64,000 nt of DNA from an uncultured Clostridia bacterium (GTDB lineage Bacteria; Bacillota; Clostridia; TANB77; CAG-508). Both the position numbers and the translations under genes were made by a program. The notes below the pieces were generated by a model that did no database searches, was not told the DNA's origin, and worked only from the letters and a program-made list of their open reading frames with translations. Where the stretch lies: positions 12,442-76,441 of the forward strand of contig CAKOVG010000001.1 of the NCBI GenBank assembly GCA_934121875.1, read 5' to 3'. Shown piece after piece: positions 53,866 to 63,685 of this stretch (the stretch's first letter is position 1; every line of letters starts with the position of its first letter).

Positions 53866-54312
53866 ATGTGGTATGTTTGGTTAATTTTAGCTGGTATTTT
53901 TGTTATTGCTGAGATAGCAACTGTAGGCTTTTTAATCTTTTGGTTAAGTTTAGGTAGCTTATGTGCTATGGTTACTAGCTTTTTTACAGATAACTTAATT
54001 ATTCAAACAGCTGTGTTTGTAGTTACTTCTGCTTTATTTATTTTATGTACAAGACCTTTAGCTAAAAAACTTGGAAAAGCTGATAATAATTTAACTACTA
54101 ATGCTTTTTCTATTATTGGAAAAAAAGCTATTGTTGTTAAAGAAATTAATTCAACTCTAGGAGTTGGTCAAATTAAGGTTGATGGTCAAGTCTGGTCTGC
54201 TAAATCTAATGGAGAGGCAGTTATTAGCGAAGGTACTGAAGTTTCAGTTTTGAGTATTGATGGTGTTAAGGCAGTTGTTACATCTGACTCTAAAGTTGAA
54301 CAAAAAGTTTAG
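53866..54312 (+). CDS. NfeD-family membrane protein (short form, OB-fold C-terminus)
   Basis: Two TM helices then a beta-rich C-terminal domain. It is immediately upstream of an SPFH gene. Confidence 0.7.
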   Translation: MWYVWLILAGIFVIAEIATVGFLIFWLSLGSLCAMVTSFFTDNLIIQTAVFVVTSALFILCTRPLAKKLGKADNNLTTNAFSIIGKKAIVVKEINSTLGVGQIKVDGQVWSAKSNGEAVISEGTEVSVLSIDGVKAVVTSDSKVEQKV

Positions 54313-54352
54313 GTATTAATATTTATTATATATTTTAAGGAGGTTTTTTATT

Positions 54353-55255
54353 ATGATGTGGGTTTTAATCGCATTATTAGTTATTATTTTAATTATTGCA
54401 TTTAATACAATTAAAATAGTAAAACAGTCTGAAGTATTTATTATTGAAAGACTTGGTAAATTTCATAAGGTAGCGGATGCTGGTCTTACAATTATTATTC
54501 CTTTTGTAGACCATGTACGTAGTGTAGTAAGCTTAAAACAACAAACTATGGATATTCCACCACAAGGTGTTATTACTCAAGATAACGTTACTATTACTAT
54601 TGATACTGTAGTATTCTACAAAATTACAGATCCTGCAAGAGCAGTTTATGAAATTCAAAATTTAAAGAAAGGTATTGAATACCTAGCAATTACTACAATT
54701 CGTGATATTGTTGGTAAAATGGACTTAGACGATACATTTAGTTCAAGAGATGCTATTAATGATAAATTAAGAGTTATTCTTGATGAAGCAACAGATCAAT
54801 GGGGTTGTAAAGTAGACAGAGTTGAAATTAAAGATATTACTCCACCAGCTGACATTAGAGACGCAATGGAAAAACAAATGAATGCTGAGAGAAATAAAAG
54901 AGCTTTAATCTTACAAGCTGAAGGAGAAAGACAATCTGCTATTACTTTAGCAGAAGGTAAAAAAGAGGCTGCTATTTTAGAGGCTGAAGCTGAAAAAGAA
55001 TCTAAAATTAGAAGAGCTGCCGGTGAAGCTGAAGCAATTAAACAAGTAGCTGAAGCTAAAGCTCAAGAAATTCAAATGGTTTATGATGCTATGATGAAAG
55101 CTAAGCCAGATGAAAAATTAGTTCAATTAAAATCTTTAGAAACTTTAAAAGAAGTTGCTAATGGAGATGCTAATAAAGTGTTTATTCCATTTGAAGCAAC
55201 AAGCACATTAAGTAGCTTAGGTGCTATTACAGAAGTTGTTAAAGACAAAAAATAA
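54353..55255 (+). CDS. SPFH/band 7 (stomatin-like) protein
   Basis: N-terminal TM segment, an SPFH core (IVKQSEVFIIERLGKFHK), and an Ala/Glu-rich coiled coil. Confidence 0.85.
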   Translation: MMWVLIALLVIILIIAFNTIKIVKQSEVFIIERLGKFHKVADAGLTIIIPFVDHVRSVVSLKQQTMDIPPQGVITQDNVTITIDTVVFYKITDPARAVYEIQNLKKGIEYLAITTIRDIVGKMDLDDTFSSRDAINDKLRVILDEATDQWGCKVDRVEIKDITPPADIRDAMEKQMNAERNKRALILQAEGERQSAITLAEGKKEAAILEAEAEKESKIRRAAGEAEAIKQVAEAKAQEIQMVYDAMMKAKPDEKLVQLKSLETLKEVANGDANKVFIPFEATSTLSSLGAITEVVKDKK

Positions 55256-55263
55256 ATTTTAAA

Positions 55264-55292
55264 AAGATATCTTGAAAATGAGATATCTTTTT
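55264..55292 (+). terminator. rho-independent terminator AAGATATCT-N8-AGATATCTT plus a T-run
   Basis: Perfect 9-bp stem after the SPFH stop. Confidence 0.55.
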
Positions 55293-55379
55293 GTTTGTCA
55301 ATTTTTTACCATTAGTTTATATTAAATTAGAGTAAATCCCCAGCTGTTTTTATAGTTGGGGACCTTATTTTATGATTTT

Positions 55380-56621
55380 CTATTCCACTGTATCATCTTT
55401 TATATAATATTTTGTTCCTAACATTTTATCTGGTAAATATTGTTGTTCTACCCAATGATTTGGATAATCATGCGGATATTTATATCCCACACCATAACCT
55501 TCTTTTGACATTCCTTCTGCTGGAGCATTTCTAATGTGCATTGGTATAGTACCTGTATCTTTATTTGCTACATCTGCTAATGCTTTATTAATTCCTAAAT
55601 AAGCAGCATTTGATTTTTTAGAAGTTGCTACATATACTGTTGCTTCTGCTAAAATAATTCTGGCTTCTGGCATTCCCACCATAGTCACAGCTTGCATAGC
55701 AGATGTTGCAACTACTAAAGCATTTGGATTTGCCATTCCAACATCTTCTGCTGCAGCAATTACTATTCTTCTCGCCATAAACACAGGATCTTCTCCTGCA
55801 TTTAATGCTCTGGCTAAATAAAATAATGCAGCATCTACATCACTTCCACGCATTGATTTTATAAATGCACTAATATTATCATAGTGATTATCGCCTTTTT
55901 TATCAAATACAGCTTTTCTAGTTTGCACACATTCTTTTAAAATATCATCTGTAATGTTTATTATGCCATTTGAATCTATTTGTGTTGTTAATACTGCAAC
56001 TTCTAATCCATTTAAAGCTGTTCTTACATCTCCTCCTGAAGTTATTGCAAGTTTTTTTAGAGTTTTGTCTTCTATTTTTATGTTGTAGCTTCCTAATCCA
56101 TCTTCAGAAGTTAAAGATTTTTTTAGTACTTTAAATATATCTTCATCTGTTAATGGTTGCAAATGAAATACCATTGACCTTGATATTAAAGCTTTATTTA
56201 CTTCAAAATATGGATTTTCTGTTGTAGCTCCTATTAGTATTATAGTTCCATTTTCTACATAAGGAAGTAATGCATCTTGTTGTAATTTATTAAAGCGATG
56301 TATCTCATCTATAAATAAAATACATTTGCCAGATGGGTTTAGCAAGGCATTTTGTGCTGTTTCAACTGCATTTTTTATGTCTGATATACCTGATGTTACT
56401 GCATTTATTTTTAGAAATTTACATTTTGTTGTATTACTAATAACTCTAGCAAGTGAGGTTTTTCCACAGCCCGGAGGTCCCCATAGTATAATGCTAGATA
56501 ATCTATCTGCTTTTATTGTACGATATAAAATTTTATCTTTGCCTAAAATATGTTCTTGCCCTACATAGTCATCTAATGTTTTTGGACTCATTCTATAGGC
56601 AAGTGGTTTACTCATGTCCAT
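55380..56621 (-). CDS. rarA: replication-associated recombination protein A (AAA+ ATPase RarA/MgsA)
   Basis: Walker A GPPGCGKTSLA, Walker B FIDEIHRF, and a length of 413 aa. Confidence 0.9.
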   Translation of the reverse strand: MDMSKPLAYRMSPKTLDDYVGQEHILGKDKILYRTIKADRLSSIILWGPPGCGKTSLARVISNTTKCKFLKINAVTSGISDIKNAVETAQNALLNPSGKCILFIDEIHRFNKLQQDALLPYVENGTIILIGATTENPYFEVNKALISRSMVFHLQPLTDEDIFKVLKKSLTSEDGLGSYNIKIEDKTLKKLAITSGGDVRTALNGLEVAVLTTQIDSNGIINITDDILKECVQTRKAVFDKKGDNHYDNISAFIKSMRGSDVDAALFYLARALNAGEDPVFMARRIVIAAAEDVGMANPNALVVATSAMQAVTMVGMPEARIILAEATVYVATSKKSNAAYLGINKALADVANKDTGTIPMHIRNAPAEGMSKEGYGVGYKYPHDYPNHWVEQQYLPDKMLGTKYYIKDDTVE

Positions 56622-56644
56622 TATTCAAAGCTCCTTTTATCTCT

Positions 56645-56730
56645 ATTTTAATCTATCCGGCACGTCGCTTGCACTTTGAATATATATTTTCTCGACTAAA
56701 GCACGAAAAAATATATGTCAAAGTCGCTGT
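56645..56730. repeat. Intergenic repeat family 1, copy B
   Basis: About 95 percent identical to 10391..10477. It lies between ruvA and rarA. Confidence 0.6.
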
Positions 56731-56744
56731 GCCTACTCTAAATA

Positions 56745-57362
56745 TTATAATTTTTTTGCTAAGTTAGCTAGTCCCTTTTTAATAATGTCTTCTACTGATA
56801 GAGATGTCACTTCTACATTCTGTAATGCGTCTACTATTTCTCGTTTACTATAACCTAGTACTTGCAACGCACTTATTGCTTCTGATACCTTTTCATCTTC
56901 TTTAATAACTTGCTCTATATTTGTAGTTTCTTCTCCTTCTGCAATTGAAATCTCTTGCTCTTTTTTTAATTTATCCTTCAATTCCAATATTGCTCTTTGT
57001 GCTGTTTTAGGTCCTATTCCTGGTACCTTTTTTAATATTGCCACATCATTTGATATAACTGCTAAAGCAAATTGAGATGGTGCAATATTTGATAATATTC
57101 CTAATGCACCTTTTGCTCCTATTCCACCAACACTTAATAAGAGTTCAAACATTCTTAATTCTTCATTTGTTAAAAAGCCATATAAACTAACATCATCTTC
57201 CCTAACTCTCATAAACGTATAAATTTGAACTTTATCTCCTATATTTCCAGTATTAGCAATTGTTGATTCTGGCATGAATATTTTATAGCCTAACCCTCCT
57301 GCTTCTACTACTATATATCCTTTTGTTTTTATTTCTAAAATTCCCTTAATATATGCTAACAT
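56745..57362 (-). CDS. ruvA: Holliday junction branch migration protein RuvA
   Basis: MLAYIKGILE N-terminus, HhH motifs (GIGAKGALGIL, GIGPKTAQRA), and a C-terminal domain III. Confidence 0.9.
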   Translation of the reverse strand: MLAYIKGILEIKTKGYIVVEAGGLGYKIFMPESTIANTGNIGDKVQIYTFMRVREDDVSLYGFLTNEELRMFELLLSVGGIGAKGALGILSNIAPSQFALAVISNDVAILKKVPGIGPKTAQRAILELKDKLKKEQEISIAEGEETTNIEQVIKEDEKVSEAISALQVLGYSKREIVDALQNVEVTSLSVEDIIKKGLANLAKKL

Positions 57363-57502
57363 ACTTGTTCTCCTCTCACTTCACAAATATTTTATCATAA
57401 AATAAAAAATTTGCAAGTATTTTTGCAAATTTTTGTTTGTGTTGTGTTGATAGTTATTTAGTGTTATAATATTTTTATTAAATAAATATAAGAGGTATTG
57501 AA

Positions 57503-58192
57503 ATGGATAATTGGCTTAATAGAACAGAATATTTAATTGGTAAAGATAATGTAAATAAATTAGTACAAGCACATGTTGCAGTATTTGGTTGTGGTGGTGT
57601 TGGTTCATATGTAATTGAGGCTTTGGCTCGTAGTGGAATTGGTAGCCTTACTTTAATTGACAAAGATGTTGTTGATATTACAAATATAAACCGACAACTT
57701 ATTGCAGATACTACTACTATTGGTAAACCTAAGGTTGAAGTTGAAAAAGGAAGGTTGCTTAAAATAAATCCTAATTTGAATGTAACTACTTTTCAAGTGT
57801 TTTATGATGCTTCTCATGCAGAAGAAATTTTAAGCACACAATTTGATTATGTAGTAGATGCAATTGATTGCGTTACATCTAAAATAAATTTAGTTGAAGA
57901 ATGCAATAAAAGGAATATTCCTATTATTTGTTCTATGGGTACAGGAAATAAACTAGACCCTACTAAGTTTGAAATTGAAGATATTAGCAAAACTTCAGTA
58001 TGTCCTTTGGCTAAGGTTATGAGAAAAGAACTTAGCAAACGAGGAATTAAACATTTAAATGTAGTGTATTCTAAGGAAGAACCTAATCGCTTTGATAAAG
58101 ATAATAAAATTACACCTGCTAGTATTAGTTTCGTGCCTTCTGTAGCTGGGCTAATTTTAGCTAGCAAGGTAATTAAGGACTTAATTATTTAG
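57503..58192 (+). CDS. tcdA: tRNA threonylcarbamoyladenosine dehydratase (ThiF/MoeB-family E1-like) TcdA
   Basis: Dinucleotide-binding motif VFGCGGVGS and the DxD...NRQ region. Confidence 0.75.
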   Translation: MDNWLNRTEYLIGKDNVNKLVQAHVAVFGCGGVGSYVIEALARSGIGSLTLIDKDVVDITNINRQLIADTTTIGKPKVEVEKGRLLKINPNLNVTTFQVFYDASHAEEILSTQFDYVVDAIDCVTSKINLVEECNKRNIPIICSMGTGNKLDPTKFEIEDISKTSVCPLAKVMRKELSKRGIKHLNVVYSKEEPNRFDKDNKITPASISFVPSVAGLILASKVIKDLII

Positions 58193-58324
58193 TAATATAC
58201 TTCAAGATTTTTCATTTCAGTGGCAGAATTTATGAAAATTTTCGTAAAACACTTGTATTTTTTTTGAATATGTGTTAAACTTATACTTAGTCAATTTTAG
58301 ATTTCACGTAGGAGGTGCAGTTCA

Positions 58325-58522
58325 ATGGCAAAATGTGATATTTGTGGAAAATCATTAGCTCACGGAAATAAATTAAGTATTGCCCGTTCTCATATTAGTA
58401 GAAGAACAACTAGAACTTTTAAACCAAATTTAAGAAGAGTAAAAGCTGTTGTTAATGGAGAAACTCAAACAATTCATGCTTGTACAAAATGCTTACGTTC
58501 TGGAAAAGTTGCTAGAGCTTAG
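58325..58522 (+). CDS. rpmB: 50S ribosomal protein L28
   Basis: 65 aa with MAKCDICGK...CTKCLRSGK zinc-ribbon cysteines. Confidence 0.9.
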   Translation: MAKCDICGKSLAHGNKLSIARSHISRRTTRTFKPNLRRVKAVVNGETQTIHACTKCLRSGKVARA

Positions 58523-58544
58523 TTAAAAGAGTTATAAAATAGAT

Positions 58545-58573
58545 AAAAAGGCTATATAAATAGCCTCTTTTTT
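58545..58573 (+). terminator. rho-independent terminator AGGCTAT-ATAAAT-AGCCT plus T6
   Basis: Stem-loop and T-run directly after rpmB. Confidence 0.55.
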
Positions 58574-58674
58574 CGTATCATTTTTCTTTTATACCAAATA
58601 ATAATTTTACAATTCCTCTTAAGCATTTTGGAACTTTTTTTACAACAATAGTCATTTATTATTCACTCTCCTTT

Positions 58675-58824
58675 TTAACAAGATAACCACATTAGACCAA
58701 CAATTACAATTACCAGTCCAATAGTAAATAGCCAGCCTGATATTGGAAGTAATAATACAAGCAATATTCCAAGTCCCAAACCTATAAGGCATACACCTAA
58801 TGTTTTTTTCAATGCACATAACAT
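58675..58824 (-). CDS. small membrane protein (49 aa, MLCALKKTLGVCLIGLGLGILLVLLLPISGWLFTIGLVIVIVGLMWLSC)
   Basis: Hand-translated. A GGAGGTAAT RBS sits 6-7 nt upstream. Two predicted TM helices. Confidence 0.4.
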   Translation of the reverse strand: MLCALKKTLGVCLIGLGLGILLVLLLPISGWLFTIGLVIVIVGLMWLSC

Positions 58825-58948
58825 ATGTAAATTACCTCCCACCCTTTTGTATATTATATTATTTTTTTACTTATCTGTTACCATTTTATGTTGTCATTTA
58901 TTGAAACTTTTGTAGTTTTATGTTTTAATGTATTTATTGGAGGATTTT

Positions 58949-59575
58949 ATGAACAAACAAAAAGCTGTAGAAATTTTTGAATTATTAAAAAAGCAATATC
59001 CAGATGCAAAATGTAGTTTAGATTTCAGCTCTCCATTTGAAATGATGGTATCTGTAATGCTTTCTGCTCAATGTACTGATGAGAGAGTAAATAAGGTAAC
59101 TGCCGAATTTTTTCCGAAGTATAATACTCCTCAATCTTTTGCAGATATGCCATTAGAGGATATTGAAAATTTAATTCATTCTTGTGGTTTTTATAAAAAT
59201 AAGGCTAAAAATTTAAAACTTGCATCACAAAAAATTTTAACTACTTTTAATGGAGAAGTACCTAAAACTATGAAAGAGTTAATGTCTATTCCTGGTGTTG
59301 GTAGAAAAAGTGCTAATGTAATAATGCTTGAAGCTTTTAATAATCCTCAAGGTATAGCAGTTGATACACATGCAAAAAGGCTTTCAAATCGTATTGGTTT
59401 TTCTAATGCAAAAGAACCTGAAAAAATAGAACAAGATTTGTTGAAACTTTTTCCTAAAAAATATTATGCTGATGCTAACCACATTTTAATTTGGCATGGA
59501 AGAAATATTTGCAAGGCTCAAAGACCAGATTGCGAAAATTGTTGTATCAAAAATTTGTGTAAGTCGCATAAATAG
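58949..59575 (+). CDS. nth: endonuclease III
   Basis: HhH-GPD motif (IPGVGRKSANVIM) and a C-terminal 4Fe-4S cysteine cluster (CKAQRPDCENCCIKNLC). Confidence 0.9.
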   Translation: MNKQKAVEIFELLKKQYPDAKCSLDFSSPFEMMVSVMLSAQCTDERVNKVTAEFFPKYNTPQSFADMPLEDIENLIHSCGFYKNKAKNLKLASQKILTTFNGEVPKTMKELMSIPGVGRKSANVIMLEAFNNPQGIAVDTHAKRLSNRIGFSNAKEPEKIEQDLLKLFPKKYYADANHILIWHGRNICKAQRPDCENCCIKNLCKSHK

Positions 59576-59635
59576 TTGACAATCTCCTTTTTTTGGTATA
59601 TATTTATATCAAATTTAAAAGGAGGTTTTTTTATT

Positions 59636-60772
59636 ATGAAGATAACATTTAAAATTATAACATTATGTTTCGCATTACTAATAATTTTCTCATCTGTTTG
59701 TATTGCCACTGATTCATTAACTACTACTTCAGATGATTTTGCTGTTACTTCTGGCAATTTAGAAAAATCGAAGATTACATCTATTCTAAACACTAACAAT
59801 GATGTTTACGCTGGAAACGATGATATTTCTATTGAAGGCTATGTTAACGGTAATTCTTTTGTTTTTGGTAAAAAAGTTACAATTTCTGGTTATGTAAATG
59901 GAGATTTATTTGTACTTGCAAACTCTTTAGTTATTCATAATCAAGCTCAAGTAAGTGGGAATGTATTTGCTCTTACTCAAGACATGACTATTTCTGGAAA
60001 AGTTAATGATGTTTATGCCTTTGCAAAAACATTCACGCTATCTAGCACTGGTGTTGTTGTAAGAAATTTGAACTTAACTTGTAGCAACGCAACCTTAGAA
60101 GGAAAAGTTGGAAGTGACGCAAATTTGTCAGTTGATTCTATTACCTTTGCAGAAGGTTCTAAAAATGTAGTTGGTAGAGATTTAAAATATAGTGCCAAAC
60201 AAGAAGCAGTCATTCCTGAAGGTGCTGTTGTTGGAAAAGTTGATTTTTCAAAAGTAGAAATTGAAGAAAAGTCAGTTTCTAGCATGATTTCAAGCTATAT
60301 CTATGGATTCTTTATGGTAGTTTTATATTCTTCTTTAGTTATTATTTTAGCTACATTTGTTACACCAAACTTTGCAAAAAAAGCTACTTATAGTATGACA
60401 AAAAAACCATTTATAGTAGCATTAATTGGTATTGGTGCAATAGTGTTCACTCCTGTAGTATCAATAATTTTAGCACTTACTGGATTTTTTGCTTATGTTA
60501 GCCTAGCTTTAATTACTGTATATCTTTTAGTGCTTTCAATTACTATAGCTATGTTTGGTATGGCAATTGGAAACTATTTTGCAGATAAGTTAAAAAATAA
60601 AACTAAAACTAAATTTATACTACTTTCTATTGCTTCAGTTGCAGTATTATGGTTACTACAAAAAGTACCATTTATCGGTGGATATATTTCAATATTTACT
60701 GTAGTTTTTGGACTAGGAATATTTGTTTATTCACTATTTACCAAAAAAGCTTTAGAAGAAATTAAAGAATAG
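59636..60772 (+). CDS. bactofilin-like (polymer-forming, DUF583-type beta-helix repeats) protein with signal peptide and a C-terminal multi-TM domain
   Basis: Repeated I/VxGxVNGD/N beta-helical units (ISIEGYVNGNSFVFG, ISGYVNGDLFVLA, ISGKVNDVYAFA), an N-terminal signal (MKITFKIITLCFALLIIFSSVCIA), and 4-5 TM helices at the C-terminus. Confidence 0.55.
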   Translation: MKITFKIITLCFALLIIFSSVCIATDSLTTTSDDFAVTSGNLEKSKITSILNTNNDVYAGNDDISIEGYVNGNSFVFGKKVTISGYVNGDLFVLANSLVIHNQAQVSGNVFALTQDMTISGKVNDVYAFAKTFTLSSTGVVVRNLNLTCSNATLEGKVGSDANLSVDSITFAEGSKNVVGRDLKYSAKQEAVIPEGAVVGKVDFSKVEIEEKSVSSMISSYIYGFFMVVLYSSLVIILATFVTPNFAKKATYSMTKKPFIVALIGIGAIVFTPVVSIILALTGFFAYVSLALITVYLLVLSITIAMFGMAIGNYFADKLKNKTKTKFILLSIASVAVLWLLQKVPFIGGYISIFTVVFGLGIFVYSLFTKKALEEIKE

Positions 60773-60786
60773 AATTAAGGCTCTAG

Positions 60787-61641
60787 TTAATATAGAGCCT
60801 TTTTTATTGCATCTAAATTTTTAATTACACTTTGGTACCCATATTCATAGCATTTGTCTAGTTTTTCAATATCTAATAGTCCAACTTTATCTGTATATAC
60901 ATTTAAAACATAATCACTAGTTTTTAGCCCTTCTTCAGATATTTTACTTCCCATAATATCAATCGTCTTCATAGCAATGTCCATTATATTACTGTCTTTT
61001 TCTATTTGATCCGCATCAAATTTCACAGCTAAAACTTTTTCTGCTCCTTGATTTCTTACCTCTTGTACTGGCACATTATCTAATACCCCACCATCCATAA
61101 ATGCATAATCTTTTATTCTACAAGGCATAAATACTGCTGGAAAACTACTACTAGCTCTTACTGCCTTTCCAACTGTTATGTCTTTTATGTATTTGCTTTT
61201 ATCCTCTGCATTTATTGGAATATTGTTGGTAAATACATATTCTTTTGGATTCATAATATCTACAGTTGGAATTACCAAAGGCATTTGTATTTGACTTATT
61301 CTTTCTATATCTTGCTCTTTGGCTATTTTATCATATATTTTTTCGATTGCTTCTCCATTGTTAAAACCTGTTAGTGTTATCTTTTTGCTAAAAGAGAAAT
61401 GCAATAACTTAGAAACAATTGGCAAATGTTTTGTTCCTATTATTTCTTTAGCATATTTTTTAAATAGTTCATGTATTTGTTCAGGTTCAATGCCCATAGC
61501 ATACAGGCTTGCTACCATTCCTCCTGCACTTGTCCCTCCTATTATATCAACTTTTATATTATTTTCTTTTAAAGCTTTTAAAACTCCAGCATGTGCAATT
61601 CCACGTATCCCACCACCAGATAAGGCAACTCCAATTTTCAT
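60787..61641 (-). CDS. patatin-like phospholipase
   Basis: Oxyanion GGGIRG, nucleophile GTSAGG, and the catalytic Asp region DGG. Confidence 0.85.
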   Translation of the reverse strand: MKIGVALSGGGIRGIAHAGVLKALKENNIKVDIIGGTSAGGMVASLYAMGIEPEQIHELFKKYAKEIIGTKHLPIVSKLLHFSFSKKITLTGFNNGEAIEKIYDKIAKEQDIERISQIQMPLVIPTVDIMNPKEYVFTNNIPINAEDKSKYIKDITVGKAVRASSSFPAVFMPCRIKDYAFMDGGVLDNVPVQEVRNQGAEKVLAVKFDADQIEKDSNIMDIAMKTIDIMGSKISEEGLKTSDYVLNVYTDKVGLLDIEKLDKCYEYGYQSVIKNLDAIKKALY

Positions 61642-61720
61642 AATATTCTCCTAATTTTCTATATTATTTTATTGAAATTATTCCCTATCTGCTACAAGTT
61701 TAAACAAAAAAAGATAACTT

Positions 61721-61845
61721 AAGGGTGACTTTGGGGACGGGGTCAAAAAGCACCCAATTATTAGTTTTATTTATTAGTTGCAATTAAAAATAAAAAAGGT
61801 GCTTTTTGACTCCGTCCCAAAAGTCACCCAAAGTCACCCTTTTTA
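61721..61845. repeat. Intergenic repeat family 2, long copy D (about 33-bp terminal inverted repeats around a 45-bp AT-rich loop; nested outer stem AAGGGTGACTTTGG...CCAAAGTCACCCTT)
   Basis: Arms are GGGGACGGGGTCAAAAAGCACC and GGTGCTTTTTGACTCCGTCCC, with a duplicated GTGACTTT unit. It is related to copy C at 48752..48825. Confidence 0.55.
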
Positions 61846-61883
61846 AGGCAAGAAAAAATACACTCTTTCGAGTGTATTTAATG

Positions 61884-62162
61884 TTATTCTGCTGTGTATG
61901 GTAATACAGCTATTTGTCTAGCTCTTTTAACAGCTAGTGTGATGTCTCTTTGATGAATTGCACATGCACCAGTTGCTCTTCTTGGAAGTATTTTTCCTTT
62001 TTCATTGATGAATTTTCTCAATTGGTCTGCATTTTTATAATCTAATTTTAAGTTTTTATCTGCACATAGTGGGCATACTTTTTTTCTTGCTTTTCTAAAT
62101 TTAGGATTATAATCTTCATCGTTGTTTCTCATATTTCTTTTATTGTTCTTTTTGTCTGCCAT
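61884..62162 (-). CDS. rpsR: 30S ribosomal protein S18
   Basis: C-terminal [32 protein letters not shown] signature. Confidence 0.9.
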   Translation of the reverse strand: MADKKNNKRNMRNNDEDYNPKFRKARKKVCPLCADKNLKLDYKNADQLRKFINEKGKILPRRATGACAIHQRDITLAVKRARQIAVLPYTAE

Positions 62163-62183
62163 TTTTCTTTCCCCCTATTCTAA

Positions 62184-62612
62184 TTAAAATGGTAGGTCAT
62201 CTCCTGAAGAGATTTCGAAATCTGAACTAGAGTCTGTAGAAGGCATTGTTCCAAATGTTGCGTCAAAATTACTTGCTGCCCCATCTCCCTCTCTTTTGCT
62301 ATCTGCAAAATATGCTTCTTCTGCTATTACTTCTGTTATGTAACGTTTTTGACCTTGTTCATCATCCCAAGTTCTTGTTTGTATTCTTCCTATTATACCA
62401 ACTTGTTGACCTTTTTTAAAATATTTGCTACAGAATTCACCAAGTTTGCTCCATGCAACTATATTGATAAAATCTGCTTGTCTTTCTTCTCCTGGTCTAG
62501 TAAATCTACGATTAACTGCTAAACTAAAAGAAGCTACTAATGTGTTGTTTGTTTGTGTGTATCTTACTTCTGGATCTCTTGTTAAGCGCCCCATTAAAAT
62601 TACTTTGTTCAT
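62184..62612 (-). CDS. ssb: single-stranded DNA-binding protein
   Basis: OB-fold N-terminus (MNKVILMGRLTRDPEVRYT) and an acidic C-terminal tail ending DDLPF. Confidence 0.9.
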   Translation of the reverse strand: MNKVILMGRLTRDPEVRYTQTNNTLVASFSLAVNRRFTRPGEERQADFINIVAWSKLGEFCSKYFKKGQQVGIIGRIQTRTWDDEQGQKRYITEVIAEEAYFADSKREGDGAASNFDATFGTMPSTDSSSDFEISSGDDLPF

Positions 62613-62633
62613 TTTTACACCTCACATTTTAAA

Positions 62634-62915
62634 TTATTCTGCTCTTACTGTAATGAATTTTATTACTTCATCCATAATTCTGTAATTTCTTTCTAGTTCA
62701 GAAATTAAGTCTGGATTTGCTTCGAAGTTGATAACAACATAGTAACCTTCTCTGTTTTTCTTTACTTCATAAGCTAGTCTTTTTTTACCAAGTTCTTCAA
62801 CTTTTTCAACTTTTCCATCATTATTGATTATGTCTGTAAATTTTTGAGATAGTTCTTTAACTTTCTCTTCTTCTACAGCTGGATCAATAATGACAACACT
62901 CTCGTATTTGTTCAT
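62634..62915 (-). CDS. rpsF: 30S ribosomal protein S6
   Basis: MNKYESVVIIDPAV start with a GGAGG RBS. This is the rpsF-ssb-rpsR operon. Confidence 0.85.
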   Translation of the reverse strand: MNKYESVVIIDPAVEEEKVKELSQKFTDIINNDGKVEKVEELGKKRLAYEVKKNREGYYVVINFEANPDLISELERNYRIMDEVIKFITVRAE

Positions 62916-63217
62916 TATATTCACCTCCTCATGGGTATAACCTGCAAATAAATTGCAAGTAAGGAATTTTTTCCTTATTAACGTTATTATTATACTATGA
63001 TTTTCCATAAATTTCAAGAGGTTGAGTAAAATTTTCTTGTTTTTGTATGTTTTCATATACTTTCTTTTTTAGTGTATATGTTTTCTCATTTTGTATGCTT
63101 AGATACCATAAATATGTAAGTATTATTACAAATGCAATGTTGTGTATGTATAGAATTGATATTGATGTTATAATTGTTAATATAATTACAGTCATTCTTG
63201 ATATTTTATTTATTTTC

Positions 63218-63685
63218 TCATAAGAAGCTTTTCTTCCGCTTCCTAATTGCTACTATTTCTTTTAGTATTCTTCCACCATCTAAAGGATATATTGGTAGCA
63301 AATTAAATATTGCAAGCATTAAGTTTGCATATATTAAAGTTTCTTTTGGTGTTACCATATTTTGTGGAATAAAAAAAACAATTATTGCAATAAATATGTT
63401 TACTAATGGCCCTGCAAATGCAATTGCTATTTTATTTATACAAACTGCATTACCTTTTTGTACTTTTGTGTTATAGTCTTGTATGTAATTTTTAAATAGT
63501 ATTTGAAATCCTACTGGCGTTATTTTTATGCTACTTGGCTTTAGCCCTAGGCATATTCCACATACAAGATGTCCACTTTCATGTATTAGTGCTAATATCA
63601 TTAACAATGCATATATTTCAATTTGCTTAGTAAACCAAAATATAATTGCAAATAAAAAAATTTTTAAATCAATTTTTATGCTCAT
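63218..63685 (-). CDS. small site-2-protease-like (peptidase M50 family) membrane protein
   Basis: HExxH in a TM helix (IHESGHLVCGI) and a second-site LDGGR motif. Only 155 aa. Confidence 0.5.
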   Translation of the reverse strand: MSIKIDLKIFLFAIIFWFTKQIEIYALLMILALIHESGHLVCGICLGLKPSSIKITPVGFQILFKNYIQDYNTKVQKGNAVCINKIAIAFAGPLVNIFIAIIVFFIPQNMVTPKETLIYANLMLAIFNLLPIYPLDGGRILKEIVAIRKRKKSFL

